This document shows positions 10,102 through 20,093 of a stretch of DNA of 64,000 bases, one piece after another. The notes beneath the pieces are model-generated. The model made no database searches, was not told the DNA's origin, and worked only from the letters and a program-made list of their open reading frames with translations. The DNA lies in assembly GCA_048772705.1 (NCBI GenBank), contig JBLWGC010000043.1:1-64000 (forward strand), given 5' to 3'. A program made the translations under genes and the position numbers. Position 1 is the first letter of the stretch, and each line of letters begins with the position of its first letter. The stretch comes from Leidyana gryllorum EB-2025a (lineage: Eukaryota; Protista; Apicomplexa).

Positions 10102-10278
10102 AACTGTCGAATTCGACATGCCGCGAGGAGTGACCAAATGCCCCCATCTTCAGCCTGCCAAGTCACCGCTCTACCACTTGAGATAGCCGCCCACCCACCA
10201 AACCTAGGTGAACTTCCAATCTGAGACCGACTCACAGTTCTCTGGCGCCTCATTCGTCAGTGCAACTGTTGTGACTCG

Positions 10279-10351
10279 TCCACTGTAGTCTAAGTGGCTA
10301 GGATATGCGGCTCTCACCCGCACGATCCGGGTTCAAGTCCCTGCAGTGGAA
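10279..10351 (+). tRNA. tRNA-Glu(CTC)
   Basis: One T-stem mismatch. Confidence 0.82.
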
Positions 10352-10415
10352 ATCCAGCTGAGTGTCCTTGTAGGCAACATTTCCATTCTTACTCCCAGGG
10401 AAATAAATAGATGCA

Positions 10416-10488
10416 CACCGCCCGCGGGGCTCGAACCCGCGACTGCAAGATTAAGAGTCTTGGGCTCTACCGACTGAGCTAGGGCGGC
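10416..10488 (-). tRNA. tRNA-Lys(CTT)
   Basis: Cloverleaf. Confidence 0.88.
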
Positions 10489-10758
10489 AGGAATGCAAGG
10501 ACACAAAACCCGATAGCCCGACATCTTAAGTGGCTTTGGTACCCACCAGCCTCAATTGAAGATTGTCCGGGTCGTCTAGGTGCTTACAACAGCAAGTTGT
10601 GGCCGTGCATACCCAGGCCCGAATCCTGGCTTGGATAGTATGTCCCCGATGTCTCGAATGGGAGATGTGGGTGAAGTCTGTCCACACCCACCATCGGGCG
10701 TAGCTGCCCATGTCCTGTCTTGATCGCTACACACTCCCATTTGACGGCTCCGCTAGTC

Positions 10759-10831
10759 GGCGCTATGGCCTAATGGATATGGCATCGGTCTACGGAACCG
10801 GGGATTCTGGGTTCGAGTCCCAGTAGCGTCT
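10759..10831 (+). tRNA. tRNA-Arg(ACG)
   Basis: Consensus. Confidence 0.92.
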
Positions 10832-10932
10832 GGGCGAATGGCCGGGTTGCAGCCTGTTGAGCCAACAAGTCAGATCCTGTCTTAGCTGTCCGGGATGGGT
10901 CGAGTGCCCTGTTGAGTCAACAACTGACAGAC

Positions 10933-11004
10933 GGGCTATTCGGGGAATCGAACCCAGGACTTCTTCCACCCAAAGGAAGAATCATACCACTAGACCAAAC
11001 AGCC
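10933..11004 (-). tRNA. tRNA-Pro(TGG) variant
   Basis: 2 substitutions in 3' strand. Confidence 0.75.
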
Positions 11005-11268
11005 GCCTAGTCGGTGGTTCAACCCGCTGGGTACAGTCAAGAGACTCGTCTCACTATGTGAAGTATCACTCAAGGCCATGAGGTAGGCACAGAGGGAGGC
11101 AAGCCCAGATGATGAAACGGTGCTTAGTGTACGAAAGGTTCTGGGATCGATTCTCAGCTCATCCGAACTAGATAGATGGAACCCTCGCCGGAGTAGTCTA
11201 GTTGGCCTATCAACGCTGTCTGCCAACACCATCAGGTTGAGTAGTACTTTGCCAATCACCACTCTACT

Positions 11269-11348
11269 TCCGGTGGGACGGAATCGAACCGCTGACTATC
11301 TGATGCCAGCACTACAGTCAGATGCTCTACCAACTGAGCTACCCCCGG
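11269..11348 (-). tRNA. tRNA-Tyr(GTA) with 7-nt intron
   Basis: As 3717; one T-stem change. Confidence 0.82.
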
Positions 11349-11537
11349 CCGTCCAACTGCTCCGGGGTTCATAAGGCTCAACCCCGATCCTCGCCCTTTC
11401 GGACAGCGGTCTGAGCACAGCGCCTTAGACAACTCGGCTATCTTGCCCAGTGTTGTTGGTTCATCGCTCCACGCGTTTTTTGTCCGTGAGCCAAAATAGA
11501 AAGACTTCTGGGATCGGAGGCCGGCGTGTTGAGAGCG

Positions 11538-11609
11538 TCCGAGATAGTATAGTGGTTAGTATTTCCGCCTGTCACGCGGAAGACCCGGGTTCGATTCCCG
11601 GTCTCGGAG
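11538..11609 (+). tRNA. tRNA-Asp(GTC)
   Basis: Consensus. Confidence 0.92.
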
Positions 11610-11663
11610 CACAGGTGGTTTCGCTTAAGATTCTCTCCTGTGGTTCTCGCTGAAAGTTAGGAG

Positions 11664-11808
11664 TTACCCCACCGAGGATTCACCTCGGACTTTCTGCGTG
11701 TTCAGCAGACGTCGTAACCACTAGACCGTGGGAGCTACAGCCACCGAGGATTCACCTCGGACTTGTTGCGTGTTAAGCAGACGTCGTAACCACTAGACGG
11801 TGGCTGTA
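11664..11808 (-). pseudogene. Two tandem degenerate tRNA-Val copies
   Basis: About 72-bp tandem duplication sharing the same B-box lesion. Confidence 0.7.
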
Positions 11809-11871
11809 TGAATGGTCCCCCCAGCCCAAGAGGAGTGGCGAAGTTTCACGGAGCAGTGAGGACCAGTTCCA

Positions 11872-11943
11872 AGGTCGCGCCGGGAATCGAACCCAGGTCG
11901 GGAGATTCAGAGTCTCCAGTGCTAACCACTACACCACGCGACC
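11872..11943 (-). tRNA. tRNA-Gln(CTG)
   Basis: Full cloverleaf. Confidence 0.9.
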
Positions 11944-12160
11944 GATTCAGCCCATCCCAGAAGAGTCGGTAGAATTGAGTCGGTAGAATTATCCGGACTA
12001 GCGCTTCCTCAACTGGACACACGCAACACGGGTCTCTCTACTGACGTCTGGAAAATTTAATTGGCTCCTGTATATAGCGCCCAGCGTAGAGCGTTGGATT
12101 TGAGTCGGACAGAAAGCTCACTTCAATCATTGAAGCAATTGCGCTCTCCGCGAATGCTAC

Positions 12161-12242
12161 CGACAACGGTGAGATTCGAATTCACGCGGGTAAAACCCAA
12201 CGGCTCAGCAGGCCGCCGCCTTAACCGCTCGGCCACCTTGCC
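12161..12242 (-). pseudogene. tRNA-Ser(GCT) degenerate
   Basis: Several substitutions. Confidence 0.65.
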
Positions 12243-12337
12243 GAGACTGTAACTGATTACACCTTCCCTCGGGCACCCCGTGCGAACTGTTGTAGGAAGA
12301 GGAGGGTCTCTCTACTAACCTCTGAAACATTGTAAGG

Positions 12338-12410
12338 GGTCTTGTAGCTCAGGCAGCAGAGGGTGTGGCTGTTAACCGCAAAGTCGCAGGCTCGGAACCT
12401 GCCAGGAGCG
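12338..12410 (+). pseudogene. tRNA-Asn(GTT) degenerate
   Basis: A- and B-box lesions. Confidence 0.65.
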
Positions 12411-12517
12411 CTTTCAGAGGCACGCTAGACACTGACTGCGCTGCTCTCGCAATGGCAATTGTGGTCTCCGACCCTTCAAAGATGGTGAGATCCCGGCACG
12501 TGCAGCCGTACGTACTT

Positions 12518-12591
12518 TGGACGACCTGGGCATCGATCCCAGTATCTCTCGCACGCTAAGCGTAGCGAGCTACCATTTGAGCTAGTCGCCC
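12518..12591 (-). pseudogene. tRNA-Ala(AGC) degenerate
   Basis: Insertion and D-stem lesions. Confidence 0.65.
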
Positions 12592-12707
12592 ATTTAGCAA
12601 ACCCCAGTACATCCATGTCTTTTTTACATGGTATGACCAATCTCCCAACTGCATGGATCACTTCCACCTGTTTGTGCTCCACTTTGCACAAACGAAGGCA
12701 CGCAGGA

Positions 12708-12780
12708 AACGGCTAGAGGGACTCGAACCCTCAACCTTTGCCTTAGGAGGGCAACGCGCTAGCCATTGCGCCACAACCGC
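12708..12780 (-). tRNA. tRNA-Arg(CCT) variant
   Basis: Cloverleaf, 2 substitutions. Confidence 0.8.
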
Positions 12781-12878
12781 ATTCGGGACGCATCCGACTT
12801 TTGAGTGGGACAGAACCGGCTGCCCAAGGTGTCTCCTCTTTCACCCAACCAGTATCGAGATGACCGAAGCCTATCCAT

Positions 12879-12951
12879 GGTGCGGTGGCCTAATGGATAG
12901 GGCATCGGTCTTCGGAACCGGGAGTTGTGGGTTTGAGTCCCATCCGCATCA
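12879..12951 (+). tRNA. tRNA-Arg(TCG) variant
   Basis: C56T. Confidence 0.72.
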
Positions 12952-13157
12952 TAGCCTCTCACTCGGAAGACGTTCCGTTTCGACCGAGGCAAGCTTGCTA
13001 GCTGCATGGGAGCCGCTGCCCCGCATGTCGAGTTGAAGTGCTAGTGGTATCAGTCTCCTTCGTCCGTGAAAGTGCTCGATTCGATCCGCGTAGGTTGCAG
13101 ACAGCTGGAAGTAGAAATTGCCCGAGTCTCTCGGGGTGCTGCAGATCTTTCGCAATT

Positions 13158-13228
13158 GCACTTGTGGTCTAAGGGTAAGATGCGACCCTTCCAAGGTCGT
13201 AGCCCGGCTTCGAGTCCCGGCAGGTGCA
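13158..13228 (+). tRNA. tRNA-Gly(TCC) variant
   Basis: G53C. Confidence 0.7.
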
Positions 13229-13294
13229 GCCGTATGTAGCTCGAACGACCTGTCTATAGGTGAAGAGAGGGACGACTCAATACAATACAACGGT

Positions 13295-13374
13295 TGACAA
13301 GAGTGGGATTCGAACCCACGCCCTTTCGGACTGCGGCCTTAACACAGCGCCTTAGACCACTCGGCCATCTTGCC
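13295..13374 (-). tRNA. tRNA-Leu(AAG)
   Basis: Consensus type II. Confidence 0.92.
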
Positions 13375-13469
13375 GGAGCGCCCTTGGCTCGCCACTTTAC
13401 ACGCTTTCTGTCTGTGAAGTCTCGAGAAGGGAGGACTTTTGGGGTTGAAGGCCGGAGTATCCACGAGCG

Positions 13470-13541
13470 TTCGAGATAGTATAGTGGTCAGTATTTCCGC
13501 CTGTCACGCGGAAGACCCGGGTTCGATTCCCGGTCTCGGAG
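13470..13541 (+). tRNA. tRNA-Asp(GTC)
   Basis: Cloverleaf, C2T wobble. Confidence 0.85.
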
Positions 13542-14148
13542 CAGTTCCAGCCCTCACAACTGGTGCAACTCAGATTTTGTCTCAGCTGGTCTGGACTTCA
13601 TTCGGGATTGTACGAGTGGGAGCCGCGTATAGTAGCCGACCTTGGAGAGACGTGGCATTGAACCCAGGACTTCTTCCAGCCGAAGAAAGGATCATATAAC
13701 TAGACCAAACAGCCCCCTGTGGGTGCCTCAGCCGGGAATCGAGCCTGGCTTCGCACGGCCACAACTTGCTGTACCAACCACTAGACGACTCGGACAATCT
13801 GCAAGTAGCTATCAAGGCAGTGGGGCATCAATCAGGATGAAATGTAACAGGAGCGTTAGATGCTCTCTAAATGAGCTACTCCAGGGCGTCCAACTTCTGT
13901 GAGGCTCATCGGATACGTGTTTCGAAAGACATACGCCCCGTTCACGGCGCGGAAGCTCCGTACAGCCATGGTCTACTGCTTACGACGTCTGCTTCACACG
14001 CAGGAAAGAAAATCCCGAGTTCTATCCTGACAAGGATGGGATTTGGATCCACGCCCATTCGGCGCTGCGCCGTCACATATGTCCCTGCGAGTGCTACAGC
14101 TGTCCGCCAGTGTCTGATTGGCACTAAATCATGTATGTCTATGTCCTC

Positions 14149-14219
14149 TGCATCTAGCGGGAATCGAACGCGGGTCGTCTCGATGGCAATGAGACATTCT
14201 ACCACTAGACCACAGATGC
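14149..14219 (-). pseudogene. tRNA-Gly(GCC) degenerate
   Basis: Stem mismatches. Confidence 0.65.
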
Positions 14220-14314
14220 ATCACTCGTTGTTGTTCAAGCTCGTGCACAATAACGGCCGTTTTGCTTCAAATGAGAAACAAAATCGAGTTGAGCGAGTAT
14301 GACGGGTATTTTGT

Positions 14315-14386
14315 GGGTACGTAGCTCAGTGGTAGAGCAGCTGACTGCAGATCAGCAAGTCCGTGGTTCAACTCCGCGCGTGCCCT
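14315..14386 (+). tRNA. tRNA-Cys(GCA)
   Basis: Consensus. Confidence 0.92.
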
Positions 14387-14536
14387 AAAGATGAGCTGAA
14401 GGTTGAAGATGTTGGAAATCCATCCCTGACCACATGCCAATGAGTCTGAAGTCGGTGGACAATTTTGGGTCTATGGCGGACGGTGGCGCGCAGAAATCGC
14501 CCGAGTGTCTCGGGGTGCTGCAACTCTTTCGCAATT

Positions 14537-14607
14537 GCACTTGTGGTCTAAGGGTAAGATGCGACCCTTCCAAGGTAGTAACCCGGGTTCGAGTCCCGGC
14601 AGGTGCA
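14537..14607 (+). tRNA. tRNA-Gly(TCC)
   Basis: One anticodon-stem mismatch. Confidence 0.8.
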
Positions 14608-14677
14608 GCCGTATGTAGCTCGAACGACCTGTCTATCAGTGAAGAGAGGGGACTACCTACCAATACAATACAACGGC

Positions 14678-14757
14678 TGACAAGAGTGGGATTCGAACCC
14701 ACGCCCTTTCGGACTGCGGCCTGAACACAGCGCCTTAGACCACTCGGCCATCTTGCC
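14678..14757 (-). tRNA. tRNA-Leu(CAG)
   Basis: Consensus. Confidence 0.92.
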
Positions 14758-14773
14758 GGAGCGTTCTTGGCTC

Positions 14774-14811
14774 CATCGAGACGACCCGGGTTCGATTCCC
14801 GGAAGATGCAG
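14774..14811 (+). pseudogene. tRNA-Gly(GCC) 3' half
   Basis: Begins in anticodon loop. Confidence 0.7.
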
Positions 14812-14886
14812 AAGACACATGGTTGTTTTTCCACCATTCCAGAAATTCATGCGTGAGTTGATGTTTAACCCTCCAACCACATCGCA

Positions 14887-14968
14887 CGACAACTGCTGGA
14901 TTTGAACCAGCGCGGGCCAGGCCCAGTAGATTTCTAGTCTACCCCCTTAACCACTCGGGCAAGTTGCC
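14887..14968 (-). tRNA. tRNA-Ser(AGA)
   Basis: Consensus. Confidence 0.92.
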
Positions 14969-15260
14969 GCTGTCGAACTTGGCATTTTGCAGCCAGTGGC
15001 TTCGCATACGGTTCAGCACTGCTCGCGCCGGCACGAACCCGCCGTTCTCCCATCAAACGTCTTGCGCGCCACCGACGGAGTTGGGGCGGCAAGGAAGCTC
15101 GCCCTGTACCTGGGGAAGGCCCAAGATCCCACGATCAATACAAATGGAATTGGTTACTAAGTCCGAATCTGTATCAGAGATCCACTCACTTGACCACGGC
15201 GACATTCCATATTTTCCAAGACGGTACGGCGCTCGGCCGAAGCCCCAACTCAACCACTCG

Positions 15261-15333
15261 TCCACTGTAGTCTAAGTGGCTAGGATATGCGGCTTTCACC
15301 CGCACGATCCGGGTTCAAGTCCCGGCAGTGGAA
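15261..15333 (+). tRNA. tRNA-Glu(TTC)
   Basis: Consensus. Confidence 0.92.
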
Positions 15334-15409
15334 GTCATTGAACTACTCTAGCAAAGTGCTCCACTAATCTCCGTCAATAGCGATTGTTTCGTCATCTCCG
15401 GCTTCCATT

Positions 15410-15481
15410 GGCTTCTTAGTTTAGGGGCAGAGCGTTCGCTCCGTAAGCGAGAGGTCGCCGGTTCGATTCCGGCTGAAGGCT
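15410..15481 (+). pseudogene. tRNA-Thr(CGT) degenerate
   Basis: Acceptor mismatches, C33. Confidence 0.65.
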
Positions 15482-15571
15482 CGACTGCATCGACTGGGCA
15501 CCTGCAAGCGGTAAGTCTCTTAGCCACGAAGCCGCAGGTTTGGAACCTGCCAGTACCTAAGGCACCCACAG

Positions 15572-15643
15572 GGGGGTTGGGCCTGGTGGTATGATTCTTC
15601 CTTCGGGTGGAAGAAGTCCTGGGTTCGATTCCCAGAACAGCCC
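15572..15643 (+). pseudogene. tRNA-Pro(CGG) with degenerate 5' end
   Basis: 5' acceptor strand and A-box altered. Confidence 0.65.
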
Positions 15644-15757
15644 GTCTGATAGTTGTTGACGCAACAAGGCACTCGACCCATCCCCAGACAATGTCCCTGA
15701 CAGCTAAGATAGGATCTGAGTTGTTGACTCAACAGGCTACAACCCGATCATTCGCCC

Positions 15758-15830
15758 AGACGCTACTGGGACTCGAACCCAGAATCCCCGGTTCCGTAGA
15801 CCGATGCCATATCCATTAGGCCCTAGCGCC
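15758..15830 (-). tRNA. tRNA-Arg(ACG) variant
   Basis: U8G. Confidence 0.75.
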
Positions 15831-16059
15831 GACTAGCGGAGCCGTCAAATGGAAGTGTGTAGCGATCAAGACAGGACATGGGCAGCGACGCCCGATGGTG
15901 GGTCTGGACAGACTTCACCCACATCTCCCATTCAAAACATCGGGGACATACTATCCAAGCCAGGATTCGGGCCTGGGTATGCACGGCCACAACTTGCTGA
16001 GGCTGGTGGCAAAGCCACTTTAGTTGTCAGGCTATCGGGTTTTGTGTCGTTGCTTTCTT

Positions 16060-16132
16060 GCCGCCCTAGCTCAGTCGGTAGAGCGCAAGACTCTTAATCT
16101 TGCAGTCGCGGGCTCGAGCCCCGCGGGCGGTG
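16060..16132 (+). tRNA. tRNA-Lys(CTT)
   Basis: T54C. Confidence 0.8.
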
Positions 16133-16166
16133 TGGATCTGTTGCCTGCAAGCACACTCAGCTGGAT

Positions 16167-16239
16167 TTCCACTGCCAGGACTTGAACCCGGATCGTGTGG
16201 GTTAGAGCCGCATATCCTAGCCACTTAGACAACAGTGGA
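16167..16239 (-). tRNA. tRNA-Glu body with CTA (amber) anticodon, variant
   Basis: Minus strand TGCGG-CTCTAAC-CCACA; 3 further substitutions. Confidence 0.6.
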
Positions 16240-16357
16240 CAACTCCCTCAGCTGCAGCTTTAGCCGAGAGCCGTACCCTCTTGACAAGACGTGATTCCAG
16301 AATCCTGCGGTAGAATAAGGGAGGATCTCTATACTAACCTCTGAAACATTGTAGCTG

Positions 16358-16430
16358 GGTCTTGTAGCTCAGTCGGCAGAGCGTGTGGCTGTTAACCACA
16401 AAGTCGCAGGTTCGAAACCTGCCAGGACCG
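16358..16430 (+). tRNA. tRNA-Asn(GTT)
   Basis: Consensus. Confidence 0.92.
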
Positions 16431-16548
16431 GTTTTAGAGGCACCCTAGACACTGACTGCGCTGCTCTCCCAATGGCACTTGTGGTCTGCGACCCTTCAAA
16501 GATGTAAGGTTGGGTTTGGCTCCCGCCACGTACAGCCGTAGCGTACTT

Positions 16549-16621
16549 TGGACGACCTGGGCATCGATCCCAGTACCTCTCGCATGCTAAGCGAGCGCTC
16601 TACCATTTGAGCTGGTCGCCC
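16549..16621 (-). tRNA. tRNA-Ala(AGC)
   Basis: U8C. Confidence 0.78.
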
Positions 16622-16705
16622 ATTGAGCAAAGCGGAGTACATCCAGTTCTTTTTTACATGGTATGACCAGTCTCTCCACTTTGCACAAACGAAGCCACGC
16701 AGGAA

Positions 16706-16778
16706 ACGGCTGGAGGGACCCGAATCCTCAACCTTCGCCTTGGGAGGGCAACGCGCTATGCATTGCGGCACAACCGCA
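16706..16778 (-). pseudogene. tRNA-Arg(CCT) body degenerate, CCC anticodon
   Basis: Multiple lesions. Confidence 0.62.
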
Positions 16779-16858
16779 TTCGCAACCCATCCACCGAGCT
16801 GCCCCAAGGTGTCTCCTCTTACACCCAACTAGTATCGAGATGACCGAAGCTTGTCTAT

Positions 16859-16931
16859 GGTGCGGTGGCCTAATGGATAGGGCATCGGTCTTCGGAACCG
16901 GGAGTTGTGGGTTCGAGTCCCATCCGCATCA
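16859..16931 (+). tRNA. tRNA-Arg(TCG)
   Basis: Consensus. Confidence 0.9.
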
Positions 16932-17052
16932 TAGCCTCTCACGCGAAAGACGTTCCGCAAGCTTGCTAGCTGTATGGGGAGCCACTGCCGCGCATGTCGA
17001 GTTGGAGTGCTCGTGATATGATTTTCCTTCCCTTGGAGAGTGCCTCTGAAAC

Positions 17053-17125
17053 CGGTCCTGGCAGGTTTCGAACCTGCGACTTTGTGGTTAACAGCCACAC
17101 GCTCTGCCGACTGAGCTACAAGACC
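17053..17125 (-). tRNA. tRNA-Asn(GTT)
   Basis: Consensus. Confidence 0.92.
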
Positions 17126-17243
17126 CAGCTACAATGTTTCAGAGGTTAGTATAGAGATCCTCCCTTATTCTACCGCAGGATTCTGGAATCACGTCTTGTC
17201 AAGAGGGTACGGCTCTCGGCTAAAGCTGCAGCTGAGGGAGTTG

Positions 17244-17316
17244 TCCACTGTAGTCTAAGTGGCTAGGATATGCGGCTCTCACCCGCACGATCCGGGTTCA
17301 AGTCCCGGCAGTGGAG
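17244..17316 (+). tRNA. tRNA-Glu(CTC)
   Basis: Consensus body. Confidence 0.88.
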
Positions 17317-17368
17317 AGTGTGCTTGCAGGCAACAGTTCCATTCTTACTTCCAGGGGATATAGATCCA

Positions 17369-17441
17369 CACCGCCCGCGGGGCTCGAACCCGCGACTGCA
17401 AGATTAAGAGTCTTGCGCTCTACCGACTGAGCTAGGGCGGC
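17369..17441 (-). tRNA. tRNA-Lys(CTT)
   Basis: Consensus. Confidence 0.92.
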
Positions 17442-17561
17442 AGGAAAGCAAGGACACAAAACCCGATAGCCTGACATCTAAAGTGGCTTTGGTACCCACC
17501 AGCCTCACATAGTGAGACGAGTCTCTCGACTGTACCCAGCGGGTTGAACCACCGACAAGGT

Positions 17562-17633
17562 GGCTGTTTGGTCTAGTGGTATGATTCTTCCTTCGGGTGG
17601 AAGAAGTCCTGGGTTCGATTCCCAGAACAGCCC
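17562..17633 (+). tRNA. tRNA-Pro(CGG)
   Basis: Consensus. Confidence 0.92.
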
Positions 17634-17734
17634 GTCTGATAGTTGTTGACGCAACACGGCACTCGACCCATCCCGAACAGCTAAGACAGGATCTGAGTTG
17701 TTGACTCAACAGGCTGCAACCCGGGCATTCGCCC

Positions 17735-17807
17735 AGACGCTACTGGGACTCGAACACAGAATCCCCGGTTCCGTAGACCGATGCCATATCCATTAGGCCA
17801 TAGCGCC
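17735..17807 (-). tRNA. tRNA-Arg(ACG)
   Basis: One T-stem mismatch. Confidence 0.8.
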
Positions 17808-18075
17808 GACTAGCGGAGCCGTCAAATGGAAGTGTGTAGCGATCAAGACGACATGGGCAGCTACGCTCGATGGTGGGTCTGGACAGACTTCACCCACATC
17901 TCCCATTCGAGACATCGGGGACAAACTATCCAAGCCAGGATTCGGGCCTGGGTATGCACGGCCACAACTTGCTGTTGTAAGCACCTAGACGACCCGGACA
18001 ATCTTCAAGTGAGGCTGGTGGGTACCAAAGCCACTTAAGATGTCGGGCTATCGGGTTTTGTGTCCTTGCATTCCT

Positions 18076-18148
18076 GCCGCCCTAGCTCAGTCGGTAGAGC
18101 GCAAGACTCTTAATCTTGCAGTCGCGGGTTCGAGCCCCGCGGGCGGTG
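18076..18148 (+). tRNA. tRNA-Lys(CTT)
   Basis: Consensus. Confidence 0.92.
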
Positions 18149-18208
18149 TGCATCTATTTCCCTGGGAGTAAGAATGGAACTGTTGCCTACAAGCACACTC
18201 AGCTGGAG

Positions 18209-18281
18209 TTCCACTGCCGGGACTGGAACCCGGATCGTGCGGGTGGGAGCCGCATATCCTAGCCACTTAGACTACAGTGGA
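18209..18281 (-). pseudogene. tRNA-Glu body with CCC anticodon
   Basis: Loop CTCCCAC; T-loop altered. Confidence 0.62.
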
Positions 18282-18496
18282 CGAGTCACAACAGTTGCAC
18301 TGACGAATGAGGCGCCAGAGAAGTGTGACTCGGTCTCAGATTGGAAATTCACCTAGGTTTGGCGGGTGGGCGGCTATCTCAAGTGGTGGAGCGGTGACTT
18401 TGCACGCGAGAGGTCAGTTTAGACATCTATCAATGCCGCAGGCAGGCTGAACATGGGGGATTTGGTCACTTCCGCGACATGTCGAATTCGACAGCT

Positions 18497-18565
18497 GGCA
18501 ACTTGCCCGAGTGGTTAAGGGGGTAGACTAGAAATCTACTGGGCCTGGCCCGCGCTGGTTCGAAC
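18497..18565 (+). pseudogene. tRNA-Ser(AGA) truncated at T-loop
   Basis: Consensus to GGTTC then unrelated spacer. Confidence 0.75.
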
Positions 18566-18663
18566 TCCGCCTACCACGTCCACTTGACAACTGCTGAATC
18601 GAACCAGCGATGCCAGGCGATATCACCGACTCAGGCGTCGCAAACAGTGAGGCTGTGGATTGT

Positions 18664-18736
18664 GCGGTTGTGGCGCAATGGATAGTGTGTTGCCCTCCGG
18701 AGGCAAAGGTTGTGGGTTCGAGTCCCGCCCACCGTT
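18664..18736 (+). tRNA. tRNA-Arg(CCG) variant
   Basis: 2 substitutions versus 56630. Confidence 0.75.
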
Positions 18737-19026
18737 CTCGTGGTCTCGCTCCACAGCGGAATCGACAAGAGTGGCTGACATTCGGAGCCATGCGGACTTG
18801 CGGCGTCCGAATTCGAGTTTGGCACCTCGGGCCGCTCCGCGGTCTGTGCCGCAGTGTTGAGCTGGAGAGCTCGAAGTGCCACTGTTGAGGAATTGAGGCG
18901 GGGAAAGTTCACTTGGGTTTGGCGGTGGGCGGCTATTTCAAGTGGTAGAGAGGTGACTTTGCACGGAGCTCTTGAAGCAAAAAGCCGCCTGTATCATCTC
19001 TATAAGTGTGTCCTCCTCCTGACTCT

Positions 19027-19098
19027 TAGCAGTGCGTCGTTTCGATCGACGAACCTTCCGGTCATGAGCCCAACACTCTCCCACTGAGCCTCGTTGCT
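19027..19098 (-). pseudogene. tRNA-iMet degenerate
   Basis: Recurrent decayed iMet (also near 22790, 57003). Confidence 0.65.
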
Positions 19099-19187
19099 CA
19101 GTGTCCAACATGAAAGAGGGGGCCGAAACGCGTGCTGTGCCGACTGCTCCCACAGTACTGGGGGCTGTAGCGGGATGGTGGGTTGTC

Positions 19188-19259
19188 GGCTGTTTGGTCT
19201 AGTGGTATGATTCTTCCTTTGGGTGGAAGAACTCCTGGGTTCGATTCCCAGAACAGCCC
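19188..19259 (+). tRNA. tRNA-Pro(TGG)
   Basis: Full cloverleaf. Confidence 0.88.
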
Positions 19260-19448
19260 GTCTGTCAGTTGTTGACTTAATACGCCACGTCTCTTCAAGG
19301 TTGTCTAAGATATGCTGCTGCGACAGCTAAGACAAGGTTTGAGTTGTATATGCATGGACTCTTCGCCAGATTCATTCCAATTGGCCCATCAACGATGTCT
19401 GCCAAAACCCATCAGGTTGAGTAGCAGTCTGCCAACCACCACTCTACT

Positions 19449-19528
19449 TCCAATGGGACGGAATCGAACCGCCGACTACCTGATGCCAGCACCACAGTCA
19501 GATGCTCTACCAACTGAGCTACCCCCGG
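19449..19528 (-). pseudogene. tRNA-Tyr body with GTG anticodon and intron
   Basis: CTGTGG-[TGCTGGC]; acceptor G:U changes. Confidence 0.65.
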
Positions 19529-19689
19529 CCGTCCAACTGCTGCGAGGTTCGAAGGCTCAACCTCAGACCCTCAACAGTGGCGCTCTCAAGCTCAGAAGTA
19601 CGGCACGGATTTCGGGGTGCTCGAAGGTGCCAGACTCGGGTTCCGGTAAGATTGCACGACCTGCAGTGTACCGCCCCGAAGTACTCTAA

Positions 19690-19770
19690 CGGCCCGAGTT
19701 GCTTAGATGGCAACGCATCTGACGGTAGTGGTGGCATCAGATATTCGACGAGCAAATTCCGTCCCACCGG
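19690..19770 (+). pseudogene. Old tRNA-Tyr pseudogene retaining 7-nt intron
   Basis: GCATCTGACGGTAGTGGTGGCATCAGA; recurs near 22000, 33275, 38450, 46830, 57666. Confidence 0.62.
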
Positions 19771-19871
19771 GAGTTGAGGAGTGAACTTCTTACAACGTAG
19801 TTTGTCTGACGCTCCTGTTCCATTCCATCCTGATCGATGCTTCGCTACCTCTACAGTCTCGCTCAAATATT

Positions 19872-19943
19872 GTCGGAGTCGTCTAGTGGTTAGGACAGCA
19901 CGTTGTGGCCGTGCAAACCCAGGCGCGATTCCTGGCTCGGACA
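19872..19943 (+). tRNA. tRNA-His(GTG) variant
   Basis: T-loop CGCGATT; acceptor mismatch. Confidence 0.65.
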
Positions 19944-20022
19944 AGCAGTTTAAAGTGTATTGCTCTTCGCCCCGGAATGTTGAAAATATCGTTGCAGCCA
20001 TGGTCAAGTCTGTACGATCGGC

Positions 20023-20093
20023 TGCACCTGCCGGGACTCGAACCCGGACTGCGAGCATGGGAAGCTCGCATCCTACCCTTGGACCACAAGTGC
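20023..20093 (-). tRNA. tRNA-Gly(CCC)
   Basis: Full cloverleaf. Confidence 0.9.

Larger units (their letters stand above)
9283..13197 (+). repeat. Direct segmental duplication, copy at about 49973-53887 (offset 40690)
   Basis: Near-identical text; ORF track repeats at constant offset 40690. Confidence 0.92.
14530..15702 (+). repeat. Direct duplication, copy at about 53841-55013 (offset 39311)
   Basis: Near-identical text; ORF offset 39311. Confidence 0.9.
16000..17505. repeat. Local inverted repeat (arms about 16000-16445 and 17040-17505)
   Basis: Lys+/Glu-/Asn+ mirrored by Asn-/Glu+/Lys- with the same spacers. Confidence 0.85.

Noticed and set aside
14774-14811. Split or permuted tRNA genes (isolated halves)
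   Set aside because: Halves lack complementary leaders or BHB motifs and coincide with rearrangement junctions.
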